Source: Eledone cirrhosa
Lineage: Eukaryota
NCBI GenBank assembly: GCA_964016885.1
Contig: OZ024743.1
Span: forward strand, 144,584,001-144,648,000
Length of the DNA: 64,000 nt
Direction: 5' to 3'
The notes under the pieces: generated by a model
The model's database searches: none
Told to the model about the DNA's origin: nothing
The model's input: only the letters and a program-made list of their open reading frames with translations
Translations under genes and position numbers: made by a program
Part shown: positions 31,081-44,470 of the stretch, piece after piece
Position numbering within the stretch: position 1 is the first letter of the stretch
Layout: every line of letters begins with the position of its first letter

Positions 31081-31919
31081 TGTATGTATGTATGTATGTA
31101 TGTATGTATGTATGTATGTATGTATGTATGTATGTATGTATGTATGTATGTATGTATGTATGTATGTATGTATGTATGTATGTATGTATGTGCTACTGGT
31201 AACATGTATCCCAGTACAACCTGTCTCATGGTCGGGTCGTTGGCGACTAAACTGGCAACCCCACCAAGGTTTCTTGGTGAGGAGGGTGACTTTGGACATC
31301 CTGCAGGACTAAAAACAAAACCTGTCAAAGGGCAAAGGAGCTCTTAAGAGTCAATGGCCATCCAAAATCACCGGGAGAGATGACCCCTTAGCCTTTGTCA
31401 AGGCAGAATTCTAAGAGAAGGAAAACTCTGATATAACACCTGCAACCCTGATGGTATCCAATGATGTTGACTTGTTCTTCTTTTTGGTAAATATCATCTT
31501 GGTTAAGAGAGTGGGACTGGCTTTGTGCAGTGCCTTTGCTCACTATAAAAGCTTCACGGCACAGGCATTGCTTTCTATCTGGAGATCTCTATGCCTTTTT
31601 CGTCACATGGTACCATGGGCCCAGCACCATGTGTCAATAATTGTCACAAGTGTAGTGTTTGTACCAGAGTTTTCAAGTTGCTGGCTGGACTAAAAAGTCA
31701 CACTCGTTCAGCGCATCGGTAGGGGTTCTCCTACATGGATATAAAGTAGTGGCCGTACTCGAAAACGAGTTGGTAGCCCCCATGTATGTATGTATGTATG
31801 TATGTATGTATGTATGTATGTATGTATGTATGTATGTATGTGTGTATGTATGTATATATGTATGATGTGTGTATGTATGTATATATGTATGATGTGTGTG
31901 TGTGTATGTATTTATGTAC

Positions 31920-32840
31920 GTATTATCTCCTCGCTTTCTTAATTTCGAGTTTATTTTGACCCGCCACCTACCAGTTGGCAAGGTTATAAATAAAAGAGAA
32001 TTTCCATCGTCCCTTGCGGAACAGTTCATCTGTTGAATTTGAATGTTAAGAATATTTTACAGAGCACCTCGAGTGACTCGATCGTAATAGGTTCTTCTGC
32101 CTCTTGGAAAATTTTGGTGGATAAAATAAGAGGTCAGGAGTGCCTATGGAACTTGGGACTAAATAAGAAGGCCTCCGTATCTAATTAGAAATGTGGTTTG
32201 TTGCCATCTAGTATCATCAGACTGGACGTTGCATATTTCCTCCGGTACTGAGATCAGTGAGGCAAGATGCAAAATTCTAAGGTATAAAAATGCTTTGGTG
32301 AAGCAGTTCGTCATCAGAAAGGGAGATGCGTGCGCTTCAATCTGACGTAGTCTGCTCACGAGAGGTTGGACCTGGTGAAGTCTGGACCTGAGGGGTGATC
32401 GAATGGTAGGATGATAAAGGATAAAAAATATTTTCCTTCGAGGTAACTTGCATCTAGAGAAGTATCGATTGCATGTTCATGATGGAGCCCTCAAGTGCTT
32501 CTATGTCGTATCTAACATTCACTATCTCAGACTCAGGCGAGTTGAGCGGAGATCACAATAGATAGAACCAGCAGGCTCACCTATAATTGATAACTATAGT
32601 TGCAAATTAAATGTTGCTATGATGCTCAGTACGACGTCGTCTACACCAAGCGCGAAGAGGAGACGGTCTAGTATGTCACCCTGTTTGACGCCATTAGCAG
32701 AGTTAATAACATTATCCATGGCGAGGAGCGTACTTGGAGATCTGTATGGCAATTAGGCCAACAAGTAGACGGACAGGGCTCAACTAAGATAAAATTCAAC
32801 TAAGTGGATATAGGGTTATAGGCTGTTAAAGACGTTTCTC
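31920..32840 (-). mobile_element. Highly degenerate non-LTR RT remnant
   Basis: Minus strand reads GVKQGD near 32675-32692; otherwise broken. Confidence 0.35.
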
Positions 32841-34348
32841 GTATAATTTTATGTCTATCAAATTAATCTTTAAGGCGAATTGGCAGATTTGTTAGAACGT
32901 CGGATGGAATGCTTTACGGTATTCGTCCCAGCTTTCTGTGCTCTCCGAGTTCAAATTCTGCCGAGGTCAACTTTGCCTTTCATCCTTTCGAAGTCGATAA
33001 AAAAGTCCAATACTGGAGTAGATTCTTGCTCTATATTTCCTTCTCCTTTCCTGACTATCATTCTGTTTCTTTCTCTGGAAGAAATCAGTTGTGTTCAGAC
33101 CTGGAAAGGGGACGGGTTCGCTAGGTTTAAAGTGACCAAGACACGCAGTATGTAATTACGGCTCCACTACAATTCCATCAGAAGTTATGGGTACATACAC
33201 AATTATTCTTTACATTTTGAATAATTCTTCATATATACAACGTCTTTATTTTACTGGTTATTTAATGAGCTAAAGAGATATCATCCTTCATGCGGCCAAT
33301 AGACATACTAAAACGTGCTGAATTATGCCGAGTAGTCTTTAAGGACAATACTGAGAATGTGCTTTAAAGATATTGTATTCCAGGATATAGTACACATTAA
33401 ACAAAGATGAAAACTTTTGATTTTATATCTGATCAGTTAGTGTTGATCTGGGGCTAAAAAGGTTTTTGTATCTGTAGTATGTGACAAAAATGGAAGATCT
33501 TCGGACAAAATGCATTACAATATTTAATTACTGTTGAGTTTATCTTAACCTTTCATTGTACGTCTTCGATTAAATGAATATTGCTCAAATATTGCAATCT
33601 AGTAAATAGACAACATTTTTAGCCCGGTGCTAATGTTAAATATCAGATTTTCAAAAAGTATTTATACAACGAATGAGTTGTTACGGTAGTCAACAAACTT
33701 ATCAAGGATCGTCATATCAAAGGTACTACAAGTGTTTTGTTGTTTTCCTTGGCGGAATGAGTAGTTTTGGTCCATAGAGATATGTGTTAACGGGGAATAT
33801 GTACCTGATCAACCTACATCAGATCTCATTCCACCAAGTCTTGCCGCTCTTTGCATATTTAACTCATCTCTGACAGGATATTCTTCAATACTAGTTGGAT
33901 ATCATATTCGACGCGCGTGTGTATATATAAACAATGAGTTATATGCTTTGCTGATGAATATTCAACAGAGTTAAATTTATAACAAATATGAAGCATTCTA
34001 AATTTATCTGGAGTATTATAATATTAATATTAAAAATATTAATAAATGGGAAATATTTTATAAAAACATATTTATTTCCTTATACATATTTCAAGGATAC
34101 TAGATTATAGTATGCTTTCTTCAGATAAAATACAATATTTGGTGTTAAGATATGGACACGCCCAGATCATGACCTTACAACGTAACCCAACAATGGGCAG
34201 TGAGAGAAAATCTCTAAATTTTAAAGGATAGAAATTAATAGGGATTCATGAAAACAGAAAAAGACCGTTATGTTAGACGCTTGATAAATTTCGAAAAATA
34301 GCGTGTTTATATTGGTCGTGTGGCAGTCGTGAAAGGGGGAAGTATTAA

Positions 34349-34411
<63 letters not shown>

Positions 34412-34530
34412 ATAATAATAAATTTGAAGACTAAAATATATATATATATATATATATATAGTAATAATAATAAATTTGAAGACTAAAATATATATATATA
34501 TATATAGTAATAATAATAAATTTGAAGACT

Positions 34531-34620
<90 letters not shown>

Positions 34621-34682
34621 CAGAAGGGATATTCAATTTGTTGGTAATTCAACAAATATAAATGTTTATAACTGATTCAGAG

Positions 34683-35100
34683 CACGCTATCGGTTTTGAA
34701 GCAGTGACTATGTCATTTACTTCTTTTCGGCAAAAGAAGGAAGAGAAGTTAACAGTCTGTTCACGCTGGTTGAAGATCATCAGAGTCACGCACTCCCTGC
34801 TTCCGCCGAAAATTATAGAAGCTGGATTCTTATAGAATTCCAGTAATAATAAGGAACTGATTATACAGAGCGATTACCGGTCCAGCAAACATTAGGTATT
34901 AGGGTTGGTGCTCTGAAATAATCAGCTCCTGATTATTATTGGAATTCTATAAGAATCCAGCTTCTATGATTTTCGGCGAAAGCAGAGGAGTACGTGGTTC
35001 TGATGAACGCCAACCAGCGTGAAACAGACTGTCAGCTTCTCTCCCTTATTTCGCCGAAAAGAAGTAAGTGACATAGTCACTACTTTAAAACTGATAGCGT
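34683..35100. repeat. 420-bp fold-back unit between (TA)n tracts
   Basis: Arms 34683-34872 and 34911-35100 are diverged reverse complements. Confidence 0.85.
34996..35037 (+). ncRNA. Type I hammerhead ribozyme in the fold-back right arm
   Basis: ggtt CTGATGA acgc caacca gcgt GAAA cag a ct GTC agct. Confidence 0.8.
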
Positions 35101-35195
35101 ATGGTCTTCTAAATGTTTTTAATTAAACATACGGTATATTGCCAAATATACTATATATACATTCATGTATACATCGCTATTTCAGATCACCAAAC

Positions 35196-35254
<59 letters not shown>

Positions 35255-35256
<2 letters not shown>

Positions 35257-38200
35257 AAATGAAAATCCGAAGGCAAGGTAAAATTCCAATCATTTAATCA
35301 CGACACATGTTTCAATAAGAGATAGATTGATTGTGAAGCCATGATCGATTATCACTGATCTCATCAGGTGAAAATGAATTGTCTTCAAATTCTTGATATG
35401 AGGGAGAAAAAATAACGATGTTCTCTCACAGAATTCATTCCCTCATATGGAGACACACCAGTCAGAGACACGGCGACTGTTTTTAGCGTCAGTTGAGGTC
35501 ATAAAAGATTTCAGATTTCTATCGCTGCAAAAAACTCTGGACATCAATCAAATCTGTAGGGATACAGTCAGTCACAGTTAAAAGTGTGTGGGTACACACA
35601 CACTCCACACCCACATACATCGGCTCGAGGTCAAAGAAAAATATATACATATATATACACACATCAACACAGTATTAAACCCGTAGAATTAGCGTGGGTG
35701 GGTACAGACACACTTTCACACACACCGAAGCGATGTCCCAGAAAGAAAACAAATATAATAAAACAAATATAAGAATGTACCAACACAGCACTCACCGAAA
35801 GTTAGTTCACAAAGCAACAGAAGCTATGTCGGTCAAATCTCAATTTGACGATGTAAATTGGAAATATTGGGTTAACCAACGCCCCCACACATACACACAC
35901 GCACACACACACACACGCGCGCAAGTAAGTTCAGTTCAGTGTTCTGCTATACGTGTATAGATCGAATTGTAACATCCATATCCTCAAGTGTATGTTATGG
36001 TATATACACATCCGTATCGTCCAAAAAAGGGTATGTCTGGGTATATACACATCCATGTGAAGAGCAAGCAATCAGCTCATGTCGAACTCCTTGTGTACCG
36101 CTGTCCCATTGAGAATCTGTGTCACCAAATCTGTGCGTACAAGCAACAGCAATGTAGGCCAGCAAAGGGCTCCGTGTAGGGTTGGGTAATGGGTAAATGC
36201 GTCCGCAAGTGCGATTTCCCGTCATATGGGCCAATGAACTTTTAAGATAGTTGTTTGAGTGGTGGAGGTGAAGTAAGAAAACATAGGACAGTAAAATCCA
36301 AAGGATGTGTGTAGGCCCATTAATGGTGTGTCAGTATCATTGTTCAATCCGTAACAGTGAGTCCTCCATGGTAAGATGATCACGCATCAAAACCTGGTGT
36401 AGTGTTCAGTCGGTAGGAACGTGACAGTCGTAATTGTGGGAGCTCAATGTCTAAAGGAAACGGGTACTGTGTGTAGAGCTATGTATAGAGAGCGTAATCG
36501 GTCCTAAGTGTGTAATCAATCTAACTATTTATTAGCTAGGTATTCTAAAAGAGAGCACTCAGCTGTGAGAACTCCGTGGAAACAGGCCGAGTATCGTTTG
36601 CAAGTGCGCAAACAATCTTAGCCGTCTAACTACCTGAGTGTGTGACTGTCCGTTTATTGAGAGAACTCTATGGCTAAAGTAGAGAGGGAGGAGTTATTGG
36701 TAGGTTACCTTCCAAAAATCCTGCGGAAGGTTTTCGAGGTTTTATGTTGACAGTTGCTGAAAAAAATCAGCTCTCCTATTAATTAATAGGGGGCCGCCTC
36801 TAATAATATTAAAAGTTTCAGCTATACATAAATTGCAGACGCCAGTGCTGCCGTTGTAAGGTTGGGCTGTGCAAACTATGGACCAGGATAAGGAGTGCTC
36901 TATATTCTGACATTAAAGCTTCCAGACTAATTCCGAAAGTGCCGTGCTATTTTTTATCTAATCTATTAAAGATATGGCGGTGATTATACCATCTATCCTT
37001 AAATTCCGTGGCAGTTGCCCCAACATACCTAAAGGTTCTATCAGGAGTGGAGACCTTACAGTCGTAGACTATGTTTTTGGTAAGGCATTTCCCAGCCATG
37101 GGGCAGGTGGCGGTGCTTCTGCAGTTACATTTTTTGCTATCGATCTGGGTAGTTCCAGATGGACCACGGTACCTTTGGGGTCTGGTCTCAGTTCCAGTCT
37201 GCTCTATGGGTAAATTCCCTGGGGTTGGGGAGACCCGACTCGCCTCACGTGTATGAGTCAGTTCCTCAATAGAGCTGCCATTGTTCCTGCCATGCCTAAT
37301 TCCCTCATTGGCTGTCCTAAGTCTACTATAATTCATCTTAGCTATATTCTGAGCTATGTTACTAGTTGTGGAGTAGGAGAGCTTGATGGTATTTCTATTG
37401 AATATTTTATAATATCTGTGCGATCTAGGGAAGCATTTGTCTAAGGCCCTAAAGAAAAGCTTAGCTATACTAGTGGTCAGGCCAGTGGAGTAAGGGGGAT
37501 TATACCACAGGACTTTTCTGTGTCCGATGCCTCTTGTTCCTACTAACTATATTAGAATTACCTGTCTCTCTAGTAGTTACTGGTCTATTGTAACTGGAAA
37601 TTACCTGTGGGTCGATGGTGTCCTGGGGTGTCACGATTGTGTTCGGAATCATCCCAAGTCTCCAGGGCGGTGTACCCCCCGTGCCGCCATTGGGATTACC
37701 CTCGATAGCCGGGGTTGTATCCACTATGCGTCTGCTACACCTGTCCCTATTCCCCTTACTCGACCCTCGTTCCATACTGCGTTCAACGGTAGTTTTATCG
37801 GTTCCACAATTAAGGTTACCATTAGAGTTTCCGCTGGCGTTACGTTGCTCAGACCCAGTGTTATTACCTGGGTGGCTGTTTCTATTAGTACCAACAGCAT
37901 TGGGACTAGGCGGCAGTACAAAATGAAGACTATATGAATCCTCCCTCGTATCACGCCTGCTGTTAACTAGAGTGTCACTATTTAGGCCTAGGCTATCGCG
38001 GGCAATGTTACTTCTACTATTTAATGGACGTTTGAATGAGATTCCCTCGCTATGCCCCGCGCGTTCCAGGGCGCTATTATAGTAATTCGAGATCTTATTA
38101 AAGGTATTTTCATTGGAAGATAGTCCTGAAATTCTACTAGACACGCTTTTGGTAATACCGTTAGTGACTATTCTAGGGTAGTTAGATTTTGCGTTGACAT

Positions 38201-38838
38201 AGTTTAGATTCTCGTTGGGTTTGTGGTAGGGTTGGAAGAGTCCTGAATTGAGGTTAAGTGTAACATCTAGAAAATTAACTATCTTTAAATTCTCTTCAAA
38301 TACTATATTTAGGTCTATGTTCTTGAAGAATTTGCTAAGTTTTTTTCTTCACCCTCTCTACCATACTATTATTATGGAACGACACAGTAAACAAGACGTC
38401 GTCACGGTAAGCGCCACCTCCCAAGTGGGGCATTTCCGCTCCGAGACAGTCAAGCTAATACTGAAGCTAATAGCAGTGGCCGTGTCTCTCACTGGTGTGT
38501 CTCCATATGAGGGAATGGATTCTGTGAGAGAACATCGTTATTTTTTCTCCCTCATATCAAGAATTTGAAGACGATTCATTTTCACCTGATGAGATCAGTG
38601 ATAATCGATCATGGCTTCACAATCGATCTATCTCTTATTGAAATATGTGTCGTGATTAAATGCTTGGAATTTTACCTTGCCTTCGGATTTTCATTTTGAT
38701 ACTTATACTCCGTTTTACATCATCTAGCTGTTCCCTCGAATGGAATTGGAGATATACAAAAGCGTGGAGAACTTAATATTGCTAACATAAAGTTATTGGA
38801 CCATTTTACACAACCAATAATGCACCTTATTATATAAC

Positions 38839-38841
<3 letters not shown>
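35255..38841 (-). mobile_element. 5'-truncated Penelope-like element with inverted pLTR (38470-38841)
   Basis: ORFs 37500-38144 and 36947-37336 (CNCRSTATCPMAGKCLTKNIVYDC...YVGATATEFKDRWYNH). 35255-35480 and 38470-38700 are inverted repeats; both ends abut (TA)n. Confidence 0.92.
35291..35376 (-). ncRNA. Hammerhead motif in the Penelope pLTR (copies near 1770, 3160, 3690, 38583)
   Basis: Minus strand: tcac CTGATGA g...long stem II...tt GAAA catgt GTC gtga. Confidence 0.65.
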
Positions 38842-38902
<61 letters not shown>

Positions 38903-39087
38903 GCAGGAAAAAATCACGCTCATATACACATATATGTATAGTTGCACCCGTTTATGTTTTCACTTCATATTCTACCGAGATGGAGGAGGAGAATCGATAA
39001 ACCAGGTACTTTTCAGATATTCACTTCTTTCCACCTTAAAAAAGTGTGGAATTTTTCAAATTTCTAAAGCAATATTCTCTGTTTCAG

Positions 39088-39318
39088 GACTGGATAAATT
39101 CATCCGAGTTCACTCAGCATGGTTAGACATGGATCCATTTTACTCATATATTTCATCTCATCCTAACTTGTGCCTTAAGACATGTCTTGAACAACATCAA
39201 TGCAAATCAGTTAACTACGATAATGAGAAGGCGTTGTGTCAACTTTTTCGAACATCTGCAGCAGAATTCCCTTTAAGACAAAGTGACTGCCCGGCAAAAG
39301 ATTATTATCAACGTAAAG
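39088..39318 (+). CDS. Host gene exon, PAN/apple domain 1 (GLDKFIRVHSAWL...CLKTCLEQHQCKSVNYDNEKALCQL...DYYQRK)
   Basis: ctgtttcag acceptor, G|gtaaaa donor, 231 bp phase 1-1; C-x3-C-x5-C-x-S-x-NY...C-x-L...DYY PAN pattern. Confidence 0.9.
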
Positions 39319-39334
39319 GTAAAAAAAAATCAAG

Positions 39335-39746
39335 TACGAGGGCAATCCCAAAAGTAAGGTCTCCTTCCGATATTGCGACTTCCGATATTGCAACTTTTCC
39401 GTTAAAATCCTGTGGACGGTGCTTCGGGAAACCTCAGGAACCAAAATGCAGAGAGCATCCAGAGTGATCCGCCGATCTTTACGCATGTTTTCCTCGGAAG
39501 GAGACCTTACTTTTGGGATTGCCCTCGTATATAATAACTGCGCGAAATTCGCACTTGGCGGTAGCGTTCAACGGGAGCTCCATTCTCAACGGCTGCCAAG
39601 CCAAGATTGAGCATCCCAGAGAAGCGCGCGCATACTTGTTTGGAAGTGAAGGAAGCACCAATCACAACAGAGTTGCCAACAGCGGTACGAACAGTTTCTC
39701 TGCGTCCCCATCGCTTTGGAGACCTTACTTTTTGGATTACCCCGTA
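39335..39746 (-). mobile_element. Second copy of the three-TIR mini-mariner
   Basis: Similar throughout to 17238-17653; TA at both ends; internal TIR ends at 39527. Confidence 0.85.
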
Positions 39747-40196
39747 TGTTTTTTATAGTTTTATAGTTATTTTATGCTGTTTTCTCATTTTGTCTCACGC
39801 CCTGAGGCTCATCAATCCCGAGATTATTCTAGACTCTTATGCGATAAGCGACTACAAGATCCGCTCTGGATGGGACACAAAACTGTCGCATATTTAAATC
39901 ATAGCTGCAGCTGGTATTTAATTGTTCAGTTGCGTGGACTGAGGAACCGTGAAAAGAAAAGGAATTGTTTTCTCAAGGATACAACACGACACTCGGACCC
40001 ATAAACTTACGATCGTCAGCCGAACACCTTAAGCACAAAGCCACATCCTTCACATTATTTTATACTCGAATAATAGAATACTTGTACATACGCAGTAGAA
40101 CGATTGCATGAGCCCCCGGAAAACAATGGCTGGGATATATTTTCGACTATTACGTTAGATATTAGAAATAACACGCAACTTATATATAGTTCGGAG

Positions 40197-40230
<34 letters not shown>

Positions 40231-40499
40231 AAAGAATAGAGGTGTAACACACAAGTTATGATATATTGGTAAACGGAAAAGAAAATGCTGACAAATTGTT
40301 CACAGTGAAAAATAGTTTAATTAGGAATAAGTGAGAATTAGTAATAGTATTGGTTAGTATTCAGTTTTGGTTTTAAGTTTTACCGGTTGCGCATTTCTAA
40401 TGCTTTTCAAAAATAATTTTTAGATAGAGCGTCCGTGATGTTTGCTCTGATCTGATTAGTTTTGGGAATCCTACCTGTTTTTATGTTAAAAAAGTGGCT

Positions 40500-40970
40500 C
40501 CAGCGGTATTAAAATCATTTTAATACCGGGCGACTGACGAGTCCAAGCTAGCTAATGAACAGTGCCGTTTTGCCCCGGACGTTGCATAGCAGACGAAATA
40601 TTCACACTGCGACAGGTCCTTGAGAATTCGCGAGAGTACTACCAAGAGGTGTATTCTTGTTTTGTAGACCTCGAAAAGGCATGTGGTCACGTTCCTCGGA
40701 AAACTGCTGTGGATGGTTGCGTAGGAATATGAGATTAATGGTCAGCTTCTTGCCGTCCTGATGTCTCTATAAGAATGCCCGAATAATTGTGTTCGGATAA
40801 ATGGTGCTAAATCGAAACCAATCAATGTGGGAGTCGGACTTCACCAAGGGTACGTATTGTCACCTTCCCTGTTGATTATTTTCATGAACAGGATTGACAT
40901 GCGCAGCTGGGTTGGAGATGGTATCATGACTGGTGGGTGTAAAATAAGTCGGCTAGAATTTGCAGATGAG
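40500..40970 (+). mobile_element. Degenerate RTE-like RT fragment
   Basis: CFVDLEKA, GVGLHQGYVLSPSLLIIFMNRI, LEFADE motifs. Confidence 0.7.
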
Positions 40971-40974
40971 ATGG

Positions 40975-42640
40975 TGATCTCCGACATCAGGTGGAGAATC
41001 CTTTGGAGGAGTGGAGATCAAGAGGGGTATCTCCCAAAGAGATAGTTTGTCCCCTTTGTTGTTTGTATTTACCCTCATACCCTTGTCCCTCATATTGCGA
41101 AAAGTGAAAGCCGGATACAAGCTGGAAAGACGAGAGCTTACCATCAATCACCTCCTCTTCATGGATGATATAAAATTCTTTGGAAAAAGTGAGAAGGAGT
41201 TGGATGTACTTGTTAACACTGTCCATATTTTCAGCAATGTGATGTATGGAATTTGGTGTTAATGAGTCCTAGTGATGAGGGGGGGGGGGGGCAAATTGAA
41301 CAGAAGCAACGGAATCCAGGTACCAACAGGTGAGATGATAAAGGAAATCGACACTGAAGAGGGATACACATATTTGGGTGTTCTGGGGGCAGATGACATC
41401 AAGAACAATAAAATGAAAGAATTAATAAGATCTGAATACATATGGAGAGTAAGGAACGTATTAAAATCACATCTAATTAGTAGGAATGTCATAAGTGCAG
41501 TGAATTCCCGAGATGTGTCTATTATTAGGTACAGTGCGGGAATTCTGAAGAGGAATGTTACTGAACTAAAAGAAATGGATAGAAAGACTAGGAAGCTAAT
41601 GACTACCTACAGCATATTCCACAAGAGGCGTGATGTTGATAGACTCTACTTAAAGAGATCTGAAGGTGGAAGAGGTGTTAGAGGACTGTGTTTAGATGGA
41701 GAAGAACAGTCTGCACAAATGTGTGTTTGAGAGTAGGGAGCCCTTTCTCAAAGTTGTACTGAAGGAGAAGACAATATACCAGGGGATGACCAAGGAGGAA
41801 GTAATAACAAAGTGGAAGAGCAACCTTCATTGCACCTTTTTCAAGTGAACAAAATTCAGAGATCAACAGACATGGAACTGGTTTAAAAGAAGAGAGCTTA
41901 AAAATGCTACAGAAGGAATGCTAATAGCTGCACAAGAGCAAGCCCTCGGAACGAAGTGGGTGAAACACCATATTGACAAGGAGGAGGCTAGCTCACTCTA
42001 TAGGATCTGTGAAGAGAGAGAGAGAAAGAGAAAGAGAGAGAGGGGGGAGAAAGGAGACTGTGGCTCACATCGTATCCGAATGTAAACACCTAGCCCAGAC
42101 TCACTATAAAGGGTGGAGGCACGATATAATAGGAAAGGTGACTCACTGGCATTTATGCAAACTAAATAATTTACCACATTCTGAGAAGTGGTATGAGCAT
42201 AAGCCAGAGTCGGTGATAGAAAACAATCAAGTAAAGGTGCTATGGGATTTCAGGATACAGACATACAAGAAATTAGAACACAATAGGCCTGACCTGGTGA
42301 TTTTGGACAAGGAAAAAAGATCGTGCCTGATGTAGCCTGCCTTTAGACATGAGAGTGCAAGAAAAGGAGAAGGAGAAAATTAACCGATACCATGATTTAA
42401 AGTGGGAATTAAAAAGGATTTAGGACTGTCATGAAATCAAGGTCGTCCCGATTGTCATAGGAGCACTAGGTACTATCTCGAAGAGTTTTTAAGGATGGTT
42501 AAAGAACATTAGTCCAGTCCCCTTTTTTGAAACACTTCAAAAGTCATGCTTGCTGGGAACAGCAAGAACCCTCTGATACGTCCTGATTATCTGAGGCTGC
42601 AGGTAGCGGCTTGATGTTCGTTTGAACAAACTTTCCACTT
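40975..42640 (+). mobile_element. Degenerate R4/Dong-clade-like retrotransposon (RT + restriction-like endonuclease)
   Basis: IKRGISQRDSLSPLLF, HLLFMDDIK, ETVAHIVSEC...RHD, LWDFRIQT...NRPDLVILDK. Confidence 0.82.
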
Positions 42641-42788
42641 AAATAACATCACTGACTGAGACTTCAAGAAAAAAATAATATAAATCGAAGTTGTGGCCGC
42701 AGTATAGCAGATACGATCGAATTGTTTGAGGCAGTCATGAAAGCACTCAGTGGCGTGAAAAGGTAATACGTTTTGACCCAGAGTAAAT

Positions 42789-42878
<90 letters not shown>

Positions 42879-42914
42879 TTACATGTTCTTTCATAAATTA
42901 CTATTTAATTGCAG

Positions 42915-43128
42915 AGAGTAAAAATGTTATCAAGGGAGCCAGTATTACAGGCTGTCATCGCTTAGTAACCCTTAATGGAGTTGTTCAAGCGTGTGGAAAA
43001 GAATGCGAAAAAACGCAATGTTTGGCTTTCGAGTATTCTGGAGATACAACTTCTTGTAACATCCTTCCTTCTTCGGACATATACGACTTTGAACTTATGG
43101 GTAACGAAGATTGGGACTTTTATGCATG
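42915..43128 (+). CDS. Host gene exon, PAN/apple domain 2 (ESKNVIKGASITGC...ACGKECEKTQCLAFEY...SCNIL...WDFYA)
   Basis: taattgcag acceptor (phase 1), TG|gtatgt donor; PAN cysteine pattern and terminal DFY. Confidence 0.86.
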
Positions 43129-44061
43129 GTATGTTATATGTACATTGTTAATAAATTTATAGTACGCTTTAAACGAAATATATATAATTATTAGTCAGTC
43201 GCCTGATCCGGGTGTAATTCTTGATTGATATATGTTATTTTAATTTGGAACTTCTAAATCTGGACGCTTAATGTATGATTAAAAATAAACCAATATTTTC
43301 CTATATTAGTGAACAGGCGATGGACTTTCATTTTTTGGGTGGGGTGGGGTGGGGTGGGGGGGCGTATCGGACTAAATGGTGTACAATGTTACGGTTCAAT
43401 ATAGGGTTACGTGTGGCGTATTGTTGAATGAAATTTATCATATTAAACTTTTCATTGAAAAGAAGAGCAGAATCAAGTGGAACGCTTAGGCAGTCCTCCC
43501 AAATTGGAACTCATGTGAAACAATGAGTTCCTGCACCTTTTCCAAACTGATATTCAACCCTGATAGCTAACCAAATACTTGTTATTTAAATAATTAGGTT
43601 GTAAAAGTGAAGCGTAAAGTCCATAGATGTTTCAGGTTATTTAGTTTTATTTACTGCAACATAATACGATACGAAGCTTACTATAGGAACAATTAAAATC
43701 AATCATATTTTGCACTGGCAACATTTTAGCTTGGGTTTGCTGGTGATTTAATCGATATGATGTTGAAGAATAGACCGAAAATATGACACTGGTGGTTCAT
43801 ATTTTGTAACACCACGAACATCTCGTAGTATTCGTGGTCCAGATAATTAACTCTCAAATGAAGTAGTTCAACTAGACATCGGCGGCACTATAAATATGGA
43901 CAAACTATAATTTAACTTGCAGTAGACTCATTTTAGAAATATTGTACATGCAAACAACATGGCACTACTATCTTCTCAATAGCTTTGGTGACTCTTGAGT
44001 CGTCAATAACACAATTTGCGGGATTCTTGTAAATCGATGTTTTATTATTTGTATTTTCATC

Positions 44062-44278
44062 AGGGCGCTGGATTGGCAGTATCGGTAGAGGGTCGGACGA
44101 GATGCTGTGCAGCATAGAGTTACGGCCCTTTATGATCTGAGTTCAAATCCAGCCGGGGTTAACTTTGCCTTTCATCCTTACGGGGTCGATAAAATAAAGT
44201 ACCAGTCACGTACTGGGGTCGATTTAATCGACTTTCCCCTCCCCCAAAATTGTTGGCCTTGTGCCTATATAAGAAACC
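44062..44278 (+). mobile_element. tRNA-derived SINE with 18-bp target-site duplication
   Basis: TSD attatttgtattttcatc at 44044-44061 and 44279-44296. Confidence 0.85.
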
Positions 44279-44303
44279 ATTATTTGTATTTTCATCTTTT
44301 CAG

Positions 44304-44470
44304 AGTCCCATTCCAGTCTAAAACTCACTGACCTGAAATCATTTGAAAATATTGTGAATAACAAAATCAATTTTCTTTTCAATAAAATGCATCATTTCAA
44401 TCATTAACGAAATGAAATATGTTAATCCATTTATGAACAAATAAAATAAATAAAGTGACACCATCATTGT
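44304..44470 (+). other. Probable terminal exon/3' UTR of the host gene with poly(A) signals
   Basis: ttcatcttttcag acceptor; TG|A completes a stop codon; AATAAA at 44381 and about 44440-44454. Confidence 0.5.

Noticed and set aside
34408-34540. Three short direct repeats (gtaataataataaatttgaagactaaa) with spacers, CRISPR-like
   Set aside because: The spacers are (TA)n, the context is eukaryotic, and the repeat matches a pLTR end (23105-23132, 28563-28590); likely slippage or assembly stutter.
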